From a virus, in IMG/VR virus record IMGVR_UViG_3300043081_000027: a DNA stretch of 64,000 bases. One strand, 5' to 3'. The notes under the pieces were generated by a model. The model was not told where the DNA came from and searched no databases. It saw only the letters and a list, made by a program, of their open reading frames with translations. This document shows, in pieces, positions 14,522-25,752 of this stretch (position 1 is its first letter; every line of letters begins with the position of its first letter). The position numbers and the translations under genes are program-made.

Positions 14522-15607
14522 ATGGCAGGATGTATGAATAAAAATGATAGAGGATACCAGTCGTTAAGTAGAATGGCTGGTATCCCTTCTATGGTATTAG
14601 ACGTTTATTGTCAAAAGTATTTAGATTCATTTAATAGATTACCTAACTTAGATGAATTACCCCTTGTGGATTCATCTAAGCATTTAAATGAATCTTTAAA
14701 AACAAAATAGATTGGAGATTCAAGTTTTGCTAGTAATGAAGCTATACAAAAAACTACAGGAGCACAGTCCTTAGGAGAAGCGCAAGTAAAGCTTAATAAT
14801 ACGTATAGAGATTTACAAGTAAACTTAGTGGAAGTTACAGATAAATCATCTTTACTTGAAGTATAGCATAGACCTAGTGTATTTAAAGAACTTAATCAAG
14901 AATATACAGGGGAAAATTTTGATGTTCAATCTGATACTGACAAACGTGTAGTTCTGCGAAATATGCTTGGTAAACTAAAAGATTTTTATGGCATTAAAAT
15001 TAATGAAGTTACGTCTAAACAATTATGTGAAGGTGACTTTGCTAATATAATACCAGATGCTAAAACCGCTAAAGCCTTTATTTATAATAACGAAATATAT
15101 ATAAATACGGATATTGCAGATATAGATGCACCTATACATGAATTAATGCACATATTTTTAGGTGGTATGCGCTATACTAATCCGACTATATATTTTAATT
15201 TAGTGTCTAAAGCATAGCAGTTTAAGAATTTACAAAGTCTAAGTAAGGTATATCAAGATAGAACTCAATCTGATTTTTTAGAAGAAGCTTTTGTTTCAGA
15301 GTTTTCTAAGCTTTGCGCTGGTATGCACAGTGAATTTGATTCTTGGTCTGCTGAGGATCTTAACCCGTTATTATATGAAGTCCGTAGAAATATGGACTCA
15401 GCTTTAATGGGTAATAAAAGTGTTAATAGTATTGATCCTAATGAACTTTTTAAAGCAAGTTTCTTAGATATTGCTATGCGCACAAAATCTCCTGAATTAA
15501 ATAGAAGCGATTTTAGTATTCTAAATCTCGCTGAATTACATAGACAGAATGCGAATATTAAATCTAAGATGCTAAAAGATGGTGACTTAGTTGAAAAATG
15601 TGATTAA
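14522..15607 (+). CDS. HExxH-motif protein (putative zinc metallopeptidase), 361 codons, TAG-recoded
   Basis: Frame 2; track fragments 14522..14710, 14963..15217 and 15323..15607 are joined by in-frame TAG; ends with TAA. Motif APIHELMHIFLGG at about 15137-15151. Starts 1 nt after the TAA of the RNAP gene (TAAtATG). Confidence 0.5.
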
Positions 15608-15609
15608 GT

Positions 15610-18600
15610 ATGGCTTGTAAATTTATATATAAAGGCAATAGAGTTTTTAATTCTGAAATTGCACTTGATGAGTTTCTTATTAATAGTAAGAAGTATTAGG
15701 AAGGTTCTGATATTGTATTTGAGTTAAGTACAATTTAGAAACAGCGGGGTGCTAGAATTAAACAACGTGGTAAGGCAGCTGATAAGTTAATTACTCATAA
15801 TCCTGTAATATTTGATACAGATTTATTCGAGGATTATGAAATGAATGAGTTCGGTTCTGATAACTATGGCGTTACATTCGCTCTTAAATAGTATGTAGAT
15901 GCGGAAGGTCACCCACTTTTTCCTATATTTAATCTGGAAAACTACTGGCAACATAAAATGCCAGACTGGTAGAAACAAGAATATTGGACTAAAGGTTATT
16001 AGGATGATACAGGTGAAGTACATAAATGTGATAAGTACGAGTATCAAGCTGTTTGGGGAGATAAAGATCCTAATGATATTACAGCAGCTCCTACTAATGA
16101 CTAGTTGGAAGTTGGTAAAAAAGTAATGGAGAGAGTTTGGCCTATGCAAGGTTTTATGGGTACTGGTGTACATAGAATGATTGCAGCTTATTGGAAATGC
16201 TAGACAGCTCATAAAGGTAGGGCTAGTGCTACACAAGTTAAAGCAGAAATGACCAAAGCTCTAGATTTTCAATTAATAGGAAGTGGTAATAACAATCCTT
16301 TATTATCAGAATTTAAAGGCATTAAATACTCAGATTTTCTTTCTGATAAAGTAGATGATACTTACTCAAAATGTAGAGCTATTCACGATGAACTTAATTC
16401 AAAGTTTTTAACAGATGAGTAGCGTAAATCTGGTATGGAATTGTATTTCTTACCTGAAACCGCCATTACTACAGAAGTTGATGACTTTGAACATCCCGAT
16501 AAGAAGAGAAACTTATTGGGTAATGTAGACTTATTTGTAATTGATCCGTCTGGTAACATTCACATTATTGACTACAAAACTTCACCTAAAGAATATAATG
16601 AGTACAACTCAGCTAAAATTAGAACATTCTACTATTAGTTAGCTACCTATAGACGTTTGACAGAGCGTATGGGTTTTGCATTAGACCATAATTCTAATGT
16701 GTATGTAATACCTATTAAGTTTGAAAACTTCTAGATTGATCCAGAACAAACTGATGTTACAAAGCTTTGTAAATTTGATAATCTTAAATTACGTGAGGGA
16801 AGTTCTGGTATTTTAGAGCGTTTGGAAGTTAAGGCAAGTCTTAGTTCTACAGGTGTAAACTCCGATACTATTAATAGTAACTTGGATAAAATCATTCCTA
16901 TTAAGAATACTAAAATCATGGCTGATGGTGATATTCTGGATGATGTTAAAACTTAGATGAAAGCCTGGTTTCCAAGTTTCGGTAAGTACAATGAAATTAC
17001 TAAAGAGTATGTTGTCAAGATGCTTAAACGTAAAGGTCGTGATAAGATAAATCCGAACAGTTTGAAATATACTTATAAGGTTGGTAAGAAAACTGTAATT
17101 ACTGATAGCTTTGAAGCTCTTGTAGATGGGGTATACTAGGAATATTAGAAGATGGAAGAACACGTTATGGATAGAACTTAGGGTGTTAAAACCATCTTAC
17201 AAGAAGCTATAAATAATAAGGAAAATGTAGTCATTGATACAGGATATGCTCATAGCTCTCGTAAATTTGCAAGAGAAAGTTATCTAGAAAATTTGTTAAA
17301 CCCTTATACTACTGGAGAATATGAAATCCTTGATGATTATAATGAAGCCACAGAACGTCTTGGAATAATATTACTTAAAAATATACATACCAATAAAATT
17401 GATGTATTAGTAGTAGATACTAGTAAACATGCTTTTGATGATGAAATAGCACTAGGTGGTACTGAGAATAGTCCAGGACGTAATAAGACTTTAACAGGAA
17501 CTTTTATTTCTGATGTTACTGCAAGAAATAAACCTAATGAGCTAGTACTTGATAGTACTTATGGTAATATTAGAATGATGGAAGTTATGTAGGCTTTAAA
17601 TAATATGTCTGCTTTATTTAATAGTGATTCCGCAGGAATGGAATCTACATTAGGAGAGATTAAAATGTTTAATCAATTTCATAATGATGGTTGGACAGCT
17701 TCTAATGAACAACTTCTTTACAACTTTAAAGAATTACATAAGGCTAATAAAACAGAAGACTAGATTCATTTAGGTAAGGATATAAAAATGTGTAGTTAGC
17801 TCGATCTTATTAAGCATAGGTGTAATGAGATTATGGCAAATCCAGAACATGATAGAAAATGGAATGGTATTCAAACTGCTATAGATAATACACAAAACTT
17901 TACAGTTAATCCTATTATACTTAAATCTCAGCTAATCGGATTAGCACATGACATTGAAGAGAAATTTAAGTTAAAGAATGATACTAATGCTAGAAACTTG
18001 GAAGGTGATAAAGCAGAAGCATATAGTTTCTTAGCAAACTTATATTCTGCTATTGCAGAAATTGATGGTATTCATTTTAAATAGCAAATTAAAGACCATT
18101 CTGCTTTCTTAAATTAGTCTGGTGTAAAAAGAATTTTCAAAGAGGGTTGGTCTGGAAATAGTCTTGATAATCCAGGAATGCTTGATTCTGACACCCTTAA
18201 TAAGATGGGTCAACGTCTTAATGAAGCCTACTAGCTGACTCGTGACGAGATCCAAAATATTTCAAAGAAGATTTATACATTGAGTAAAAAATTGAAGGAG
18301 GAAAACAACTTCGGATATTTGAAATCTCGAACTATCGGAAATGAAGCATCTATTTACAAAAATTTATATGATGATACTTATGAAGATGATTTAGTATTTA
18401 AAAACCCATTTGATTCTCACGGAGTAACATTGTCTGAAACTGAAAAGGAGTTTTTAAAGCAATCATTGCTTTTAATCAATCATAATCGTTATGGAGATGT
18501 AAATACTATGGATGACCTAGAATTAGCTATTATGCAGGATCCATATAAATATCTCCGAGTACCATTAACTGAGGGTACTAATGCTTCTAAAGTTGCATAT

Positions 18601-20574
18601 AAAGGTATGTGGGAAACCATTAAGGAGAAGTTTAAAAACCTTATCCCTACAAAACTTAATATGCAAAGAATGTTTAAAGGTTTGCTGGTGGATGAAACTT
18701 TATTGGATAACGAGGATGTTCGTAATAAGTATCAAAATAAGGATGCGGAACTTTGGGAAATGAATACTGCATTTGATGCTGGTGAAACTGAATAGGCTAG
18801 AAAATCCATGTTAGCTAATTATGGTAAGAATTATTTTGAGCATAATCTAGAATTACTTACCATGAAACATGCTTATGCTTATACATTAAAGAATAATATT
18901 AATAAAATATTTCCACTATTTAAAGCATGTGCTTTACAACTAGAAATGGGTGGTGCTATAATGAATACTCGTTTCGCAGAAGACATTTAGTACTTACATG
19001 ACTTTATTACTAATAAAGTACTTAATATGTCTATCTAGGATCCTAAATGGAGAACTGCTTAGTACGTATGTGGTAACTTAATGTCTGGAGCTTCTAAACT
19101 AGCATTAGCTTTTAACCCAAAACAATTTTATCAAGCTATTGATGGTTTATGGAAAGATATTTCTTTAGTGATAAGACAAAATGAATACGATCAAGCTTTC
19201 AGTCAGTAGAATATGAAAGATTCTTTCTGGTGGGTTTACAGAGATTTAACCCATAATTGGGGTGACGGTAAATCATTGGCTTAGGTTCTTAATGAATAGT
19301 ATGGTATTAATGATATGGATATGAATTCCTACATTGATAAAACTAAACCTAATCAATTTGGTATCTTTAATTTGGATAATGTAATGTTCCATTTCGCGTC
19401 ACGTCCAGACTTCTATAATAGAATGACTATTTTTGGAGCTCAGATGAGACATGATGGTTGCTTTGAAGCACACGACGAAGACGGTACATATCATTGGGAA
19501 AAAGACTTGCGCTATAATATCTATGCTAAATATTGTAAGGATGAAAGTGCTGTCCCAGCTTCTTTAAAAGCTGAATATAATAAGCAGAAAGCTCGTTATA
19601 AAGCTGCGGCTACACAATTTCAAGCAGAGGGTGCTAAATTTAAGAATTCTGATGGTGAAATGGAGGATTTTGTTGTAGACCTCTCTAATCCAAAGCCATT
19701 ACCTAGAGCGTACACAGTTAAAGAAGCTGAAAGTATTAAATCTTTAGCAGATTTAATTTATGGATATTATTCTCATGAAAAGAAATCTATGATTCAATCA
19801 ACGACTGCTGGAGCTTTATTTATGCAAATGAATACATTCTGGTCTTCTAAGAAAAACTAGTGGTTTTTACCAGGAGGAGTACGTATGTAGGGTACATATG
19901 AACATTATTCTGAAACTTAGGAAGATGGAACTAAAAAGTATTATTACCAAGATGAGAATGGTAATATTACAGATTAGGAAACGGATACACCATTCATGGT
20001 TTGGAAGGGTCGTTATTAGGAAGGAATCATGGTAACATTAGCTAATATTTTTAATGATACTTTCTATGGTGATGAAACTGGTAAGAAAGGCTTAGGTAAT
20101 GCTATTGATAAGTATTGGAACGCAACTGATGAAAACCTTCGTAATGCTTATAGAAATAATTTAAAGTAGTTACTATATGATTTATTAATGTTTCTATTCT
20201 TAGGAATGCTTATTGCACCTGCTTTAGAGAATGCTGCGAAAGCTCATGCTAAAGAAGTGGGTAATGGTGACTTAGGTGATGCTATGATAAATAATGCTAC
20301 GGTGAATTTAACTTCTATGTTATCTACATCTACAGATGATTTTAACGCACTTAAATCTATTTTTGGTAGAGGTGTACAATGGACACCATTCTCTATATCT
20401 ACACTTACAAACTCTTATTAGAGAGTAAGTTCAGCTGTATCAGGTAATAGTGATTGGTATGATGCTATTGTTAAAATGTCCGCAGCAGGAAGAACATAGG
20501 AGAATATGTTTGATTACATAAAAATAAATACACTCGGTCGAAAGATTGGAGACAATGGAGTAGTAAAAGAGGAT
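15610..20574 (+). CDS. Large late protein (1654 codons) with an internal RecB-family (Cas4-like) PD-(D/E)xK nuclease domain, TAG-recoded
   Basis: Frame 1 from ATG at 15610 to TGA at 20572-20574, only TAG in-frame where traced (15610 to about 17830 codon by codon; beyond that only the 3' end of each track fragment was checked). Nuclease motifs GNVDLFVIDPSGNIHIIDYKTS followed by FYY[TAG]LATY give the family signature QhxxY only if TAG=Q (nt about 16440-16700). A hydrophobic segment lies near the C-terminus. Confidence 0.6.
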
Positions 20575-20581
20575 TGAAAAA

Positions 20582-20627
20582 AAAATGGGCGACAACTTAG
20601 GAAAAATCCTAAGCTGCCGCCCATTTT
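20582..20627. terminator. Bidirectional intrinsic terminator at the convergence of the late (+) and early (-) modules
   Basis: Inverted repeat aaaatgggcgacaacttagg / cctaagctgccgcccatttt with a 6-nt loop. Its two mismatches are A/C on the + transcript but become G-U wobbles on the - transcript, where the hairpin is followed by nine U; the + strand has tttt after the stem. Confidence 0.55.
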
Positions 20628-20638
20628 AATATTTAAAA

Positions 20639-21256
20639 TTACGTTAACAAGTCAAAGTTGTTAATCAAGTCATTTCTTAATAGAAATTTATCTAATTTAG
20701 AAATGCTTGCATTTAATTCTGTTGCTTTTACAGAAAGATCCTCTAAAGAACCATCATTTTTTACAATAAATGAAAAACCTTTATAATCATCTAATTCAGT
20801 TTCACTTGTATGTTTTTGCTCACTCTCGGAACCGTCTGAAAAATCGCGATTAACCCGGATTACAAGCCCACCAGCCGATTCAATTCCTTCGACCTCACTC
20901 TTGTACCTTACGTCAGAAATAAAGGCTATATCAGGCTGCTGTGAAGCAATTTCTCCAAACAGCCTTTTAACCCAAAAATTAGTTCCAAAAGTTTCTCTAA
21001 ATGCTGTTCCAACCTTTTGTAACAACACTCGATTAGTAGCGTCCCAAAAAAGATTAAAAGACTTTTTAAATTCTCTACTATCGAATAAACTAGGCTCCAC
21101 TCCAAAAGCTTCGCCCGCAATGTTCTTTAAGACTCTAGCAAAACTATACTTCTTACATATTATTTCAGGGTGAGTCACTGAAAAGGTTCCTATTAACATA
21201 TCAGCAAGAGTATCCTTACCTGCATTCATTTTTCCAGAAATACCTATAATCAACAT
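20639..21256 (-). CDS. Deoxynucleoside monophosphate kinase (T4 Dnk/gp1-like)
   Basis: P-loop GISGKMNAGKDTLAD and C-terminal NDGSLEDL resemble T4 Dnk (SGVKRSGKDTTAD ... NDGSLEEL). Confidence 0.65.
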   Translation of the reverse strand: MLIIGISGKMNAGKDTLADMLIGTFSVTHPEIICKKYSFARVLKNIAGEAFGVEPSLFDSREFKKSFNLFWDATNRVLLQKVGTAFRETFGTNFWVKRLFGEIASQQPDIAFISDVRYKSEVEGIESAGGLVIRVNRDFSDGSESEQKHTSETELDDYKGFSFIVKNDGSLEDLSVKATELNASISKLDKFLLRNDLINNFDLLT

Positions 21257-21495
21257 TTAATTTCCATTTTCTGTTGTAAAGCTATATTATCTCCGATACT
21301 TTGAGGTTTTATATCTTTAAATGATTGAGGATTGAGATTCCAATCTGGCGTTTCTGTAGGTAAAGAATAACCAGCATCCTGAATATCTATAATCAAGTCA
21401 ACTGCTTCTAAAGCAGCCTCTTTATTTCCTTCAAAGAGGATAGTACTAAGCAATTCCCTAACCTTAGCAATTACTTCTTTTTTAGTAAATAACAT
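21250..21495 (-). CDS. hypothetical protein
   Basis: Uninterrupted ORF in the operon. Confidence 0.4.
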   Translation of the reverse strand: MLFTKKEVIAKVRELLSTILFEGNKEAALEAVDLIIDIQDAGYSLPTETPDWNLNPQSFKDIKPQSIGDNIALQQKMEIKC

Positions 21496-21497
21496 AA

Positions 21498-21680
21498 TTA
21501 AAATGAGTCTATATCAGTTATATCATAATCTTTATCTTCATCCACAGAAGCTGTAGTAACAGCTCCTACCCCAGGTAGCAATTTATCGGATACAGTAATA
21601 CCTTTATCAGGAAACTGCCTATGAAGCTTAATAATTGCATCCAATTGTGCTACCGTTAAATAAATTTTACTTTCCATCAA
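21498..21680 (-). CDS. hypothetical protein
   Basis: ORF in the operon. Confidence 0.35.
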   Translation of the reverse strand: MMESKIYLTVAQLDAIIKLHRQFPDKGITVSDKLLPGVGAVTTASVDEDKDYDITDIDSF

Positions 21681-22071
21681 TTAATTCACCTAGTTTTTTA
21701 CATACATAATTAAGCATAGTTTCATCAGTAAGTCTGTTGATAGCACTGTCATTATCAACAACTTCTTGGAGGATGTCTTCAATACCTTTAATTATTTCTT
21801 TTAAGTTTGGTTCATCTACAAAAGATTCTTTATAATTAACCTTTTGACTAAAATCCCCAATTATTCTTTTTAAGTCAGATATACCATCAATCGACCAGTG
21901 ACCTCCTTCTGGCAAACTTATTCTTATAAAAGGAGATACTCCGTTATTTTCAGTTTCTAATTGAATGGTTTGCCAATTATCATCATCCTCACAGCAATCC
22001 CCCGGTTGGGTATATTGAGCTATTACTTTTTCAACCTCTACACCTTCATACTTATTCTGAAAATCAATCAT
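21667..22071 (-). CDS. hypothetical protein
   Basis: ORF, tight overlap with the downstream gene. Confidence 0.4.
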   Translation of the reverse strand: MIDFQNKYEGVEVEKVIAQYTQPGDCCEDDDNWQTIQLETENNGVSPFIRISLPEGGHWSIDGISDLKRIIGDFSQKVNYKESFVDEPNLKEIIKGIEDILQEVVDNDSAINRLTDETMLNYVCKKLGELIDGK

Positions 22072-22307
22072 ATTCTTAAATTATTTTATGTTTTTGTAAC
22101 CATGAAACTCTTGCAAAGTAAGCTTTGTTACCATACTCACTTTGTAATATTGAACTATCTATAAAGAAACAATTCTCCAAGAAACCTTCTTTAGTCATTA
22201 ATATTCCTTTTGGGTCATTAACAGGAACAAATAGATCGCAATTATTCAAATTCATTTTTCGTCTTATTAGATTATTGTAGTAGTATAAAGAATATTTATC
22301 TAAAACC

Positions 22308-22958
22308 TCAACATTCGTGCCAAGCTCTTAAGAAATCTTCTCTAGATATTCTTTCCACGTGTCCTAGATAATCCCGTACACTACATATATTATTTATAGT
22401 GAGTTGTTCAAATTCGGGAGTAATAACTTTCACCAATCGTTCGTATTCTTTGCAATCGTAATCAAACTTTTGAATATAAAGTCTATACTTTTCAAACTTT
22501 GGTAAATAGGGTAAAGTGATTGGAAAGTTTTCATCTAACCAATCCAAGAAAATTAAGTTTACAGATTCTTCTGTTTCAGATACTGTATTTATACCAATAG
22601 CTCTTTTAAAATCTTTATATACCGTAGTACCATCCTCGCAGTTACATTTAATTATGGGATAATCTCTATTGCAGGGAGTTTCAAATATTACACCATCTAT
22701 ATTGGATTTGACTTTAAGATCATCATAAAAGTCTTCTGCTGTAATAGGACTTAATGGTAAATGCAGTAAGAGTCGCCGGAATATATTAGCCATTCTAACT
22801 TTTGTAAAACTAGAAGGGCCGATTATAAAGTTATCGGTTAGTTCTTCATACGCGTTTAAAACCATTTTATAAATATCTTCTGCATGTACATCAGCTGTTT
22901 TATTATATGTAATAGCTTTAATTACCTCTAATTCTGCCCATTGCTTATTAGTATCCAT
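22308..22958 (-). CDS. hypothetical protein
   Basis: 216-aa ORF. Confidence 0.45.
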   Translation of the reverse strand: MDTNKQWAELEVIKAITYNKTADVHAEDIYKMVLNAYEELTDNFIIGPSSFTKVRMANIFRRLLLHLPLSPITAEDFYDDLKVKSNIDGVIFETPCNRDYPIIKCNCEDGTTVYKDFKRAIGINTVSETEESVNLIFLDWLDENFPITLPYLPKFEKYRLYIQKFDYDCKEYERLVKVITPEFEQLTINNICSVRDYLGHVERISREDFLRAWHEC

Positions 22959-23520
22959 TTTCAGTCTCTATATTTTTTACATTATTAAATATAATATCTT
23001 CTCTAGTCCAGTATTTAGGAATTTTTTGAAGTCTTTCTACATTATACCATAAATAGAGTACTTGACCCTCTCCAATTTCATTCCAAGCGGTTTCAATTTG
23101 TACCGAGTTAGATTCAGAATCTACTTTAGTAACTTTACCTATGTAATCAAACGTATCACTACTATGTATAGGTTTTACAATTACAGTATCATCAACCCTA
23201 ATTTTAGTACGATCTAGAATTTCATTTTCTAAATGTAATTCAAAATCTTTATACCATTCATGTAAAATAGCTTCATAAGGAGAGTCTTTGTAACCAATTT
23301 TTTCTATAAATGATAAGACACTACGTTTGAATCCAGAACTCTCCTCAACATAAAATATAGTAGGGTTATTAATAAGTACGGATAAAATATTCCTACTAAA
23401 AAATAAACCATTCTTTATGTAGAAGAAAAGTGAGTTTCCCCAGCGTTCAAAATCTATTTCGTAATTATGATTATTAATTGTATATTTCATACTATGCACA
23501 TTAAAATTATTAAAGTCCAA
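22948..23520 (-). CDS. hypothetical protein (TTG start as drawn)
   Basis: 190-aa ORF; the first codon at 23520-23518 is TTG. Confidence 0.45.
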   Translation of the reverse strand: MDFNNFNVHSMKYTINNHNYEIDFERWGNSLFFYIKNGLFFSRNILSVLINNPTIFYVEESSGFKRSVLSFIEKIGYKDSPYEAILHEWYKDFELHLENEILDRTKIRVDDTVIVKPIHSSDTFDYIGKVTKVDSESNSVQIETAWNEIGEGQVLYLWYNVERLQKIPKYWTREDIIFNNVKNIETENGY

Positions 23521-23812
23521 AATAAAACTAATATTGTAGCTAAAGTTACTGTAGACTGGAGATATTCTCCTTTATATATACTATACAGAAGATCTCCAGT
23601 CATAAGTAAAGCCACAACTATATATCCAGATAAAAGTCCTATCATACTAAGAATTTAGCTAGAATACATTCCAAGCATCCCCAGAATACAACTCCCCAAT
23701 TTATAAATAAGAATAATACTAAAATTGCACTATCTCTAATAGATAATATTAGCATTGCTGCAGTGCCTAATAGTATTGACATTATTATAAGTGCTACAAA
23801 TACCATAGTCTT

Positions 23813-24424
23813 TTATTTTATTGGAGATGCAGTTCTGTTACCTACACAATCATCACAGTATGGGGAGATCCAACCTTTAGTTATCCATTTAGCAGGTTTA
23901 CCACACAAAACACAAGTTCTAGAAGATATATCTTCATATTTCTCTACAACTTCATCAGTACCTTTGGTACCATTCACATCATACCATCTAAGATAACCAA
24001 ACTTCTCTTTAATTTGCGATATTCTGTATTTAAATAATCCAGAATACCCTGCATCTTTAATTAAGGCTTCTTTAATTTCTTTACAGATTTCCAAACCAAA
24101 GGCTTTTCTCCATCCTGTGTCGAGTGCGTCCAGTTCAGTGTAAGAAGGTAAGCAGTGGAAGGTTTGTAGTGGATAATCATGGATCCATTCTAATACTTTT
24201 GCATAATAATATTTGGGTTTATTCGTAACCAATTTTCTGAAAGGATCTGTTGCGTTTCCAAATTCACCAACCCATTTTGTAGAATCCTTATATAATCTTT
24301 TGATGTATTGTTGCATCTTATAAGAATACCAATGAGTTCCAGTAAAACGATTCCTAGGGTAAAGGAAAGGAAACCGAATACACAATATAATATTGTCAAC
24401 ATAAGTCTTAAATTTAGTTTTCAT
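23813..24424 (-). CDS. hypothetical Cys-rich protein (C-terminal CxxC...CxxC)
   Basis: ORF 23813..24478 trimmed to the internal Met (MKTKFK), which makes an ATGA overlap with the upstream gene; C-terminal CVLCGKPAKW...YCDDC. Confidence 0.4.
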   Translation of the reverse strand: MKTKFKTYVDNIILCIRFPFLYPRNRFTGTHWYSYKMQQYIKRLYKDSTKWVGEFGNATDPFRKLVTNKPKYYYAKVLEWIHDYPLQTFHCLPSYTELDALDTGWRKAFGLEICKEIKEALIKDAGYSGLFKYRISQIKEKFGYLRWYDVNGTKGTDEVVEKYEDISSRTCVLCGKPAKWITKGWISPYCDDCVGNRTASPIK

Positions 24425-24687
24425 CTTAGATAATGTATTAAAAATAATAGTATTGCTTCTAGCATAGCTAAAACACATAAATTTTGATGTTTCTTACAAA
24501 AACCTAATGCTTTACCTTGTATTAGCAATACAATAACTATAAGTAAATTAATTACTAAATCAATAATATTTAAAAATATAGTATCAAACAGTAAAACCTT
24601 ACTACCGTAAGTTATGACCATTGTTATAGGCCCAAACTTTACGGATAGTAAGGTTAATTTTTTAGTCAGAATCGTTGGGATCTTCAC
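24421..24687 (-). CDS. small membrane protein
   Basis: Hydrophobic segments LVINLLIVIVLLIQ and VLAMLEAILLFLI. Confidence 0.35.
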   Translation of the reverse strand: MKIPTILTKKLTLLSVKFGPITMVITYGSKVLLFDTIFLNIIDLVINLLIVIVLLIQGKALGFCKKHQNLCVLAMLEAILLFLIHYLR

Positions 24688-24815
24688 GGTTATTAAAAAC
24701 TATTTTATCCATAAATTCTTTTTGTTGTTTGATGGTTTCTTTTAAATCTTTTATTGTAGTATCTTGTTTAACCATAGGATTTATTAATTGTTCCAAATGG
24801 TAAATAATTTCCGGA

Positions 24816-25748
24816 TTAGTTTGAGCTATTATTCCCAGTTTCTGGAACAAACTGTTGAGCGGTAGCGTATCCATATTTAATAAGATAATCCTTAATTTGT
24901 TTTGCAAGAATCTGAGCTTCTGGATGTGGTTTATTACCTTTACTAGGATATGCTCTAAGATTACAGAAGTGAATCCAGTCAGATATAAAAGCTGTATGAT
25001 ACAATTCAGTTTTAGTATCTAATGGAAGTATTTCTCTAGCCTCTTCTGGTTTAGCTCCTAGTTCAATTAAATGTTCGTAAGCTAAATTAGCAGCACAATT
25101 AGCAAAGTAAAACCAATCCACTTTAGATAATTTACGACTACCAGTAAGAAGTATATCAAAATACTCAAGTAGATTACACTCTTGCTCTGTAACCCATAAA
25201 GGTTTGTAGATATTTAGAGCACTCTCAGATCCAGATTTAGCATAATTACAGAATCTGGTAGACTCTTCCATAATTGAATTCTTTCTATGTCTATTATATT
25301 CTCTAGAAATACTTATAGAAGTAGTAAAATGAAATGTAAGTCTTTTTTCAAAGTCTTCTGTAGGCTGTTCTACTAAATATTTAGACCACTCAGACCAAGG
25401 AATTCTATTCTCTTGCAATACTCTTAGATTAGTTGTAACTAACTTATACATACGATATGTACCCTGTTCATACCAATCTACAACCTTTGTATATGGATTA
25501 CCAAGAATATCTATAATAGATCCAGTTAAGGACTGCAATGGTATCTTTAAATATACAGTTCCATGTTCTAACGGCGAATAATGTCCAGAATTTATAAGAT
25601 GTTCTACAAAGGGTTTAGCTGATGTTTCAGTAATTTTATCACCACTATTCCAACAACACCTTCCTACACGTTCAATCTGTTTATAAATACCATTCTCTCC
25701 TAAATCCTGATAAACTACTTCTAATTTTGGTTCAATTAATTTAATCAT
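24816..25748 (-). CDS. thyX: Flavin-dependent thymidylate synthase ThyX
   Basis: ThyX signature RHRKNSIMEES (RHR-x7-S) within a 310-aa ORF. Confidence 0.8.
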   Translation of the reverse strand: MIKLIEPKLEVVYQDLGENGIYKQIERVGRCCWNSGDKITETSAKPFVEHLINSGHYSPLEHGTVYLKIPLQSLTGSIIDILGNPYTKVVDWYEQGTYRMYKLVTTNLRVLQENRIPWSEWSKYLVEQPTEDFEKRLTFHFTTSISISREYNRHRKNSIMEESTRFCNYAKSGSESALNIYKPLWVTEQECNLLEYFDILLTGSRKLSKVDWFYFANCAANLAYEHLIELGAKPEEAREILPLDTKTELYHTAFISDWIHFCNLRAYPSKGNKPHPEAQILAKQIKDYLIKYGYATAQQFVPETGNNSSN

Positions 25749-25752
25749 ACGT

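Noticed and set aside
355-20421. About 60 short + strand ORFs from the six-frame track taken as individual small genes or as a graveyard of pseudogenes
   Set aside because: They are colinear in one frame, separated only by TAG, with no TAA/TGA until four discrete gene ends. Recoded giant genes explain them better than decay, which would also produce frameshifts and TAA/TGA.
22078-22257. 59-aa - strand ORF in the 236-nt gap
   Set aside because: Plausible, but there is no supporting motif and it is below any evidence threshold.
23640-23808. About 54-aa hydrophobic - strand ORF in the 23.5-23.8 kb gap
   Set aside because: Plausible small TM protein, but low complexity and unsupported.
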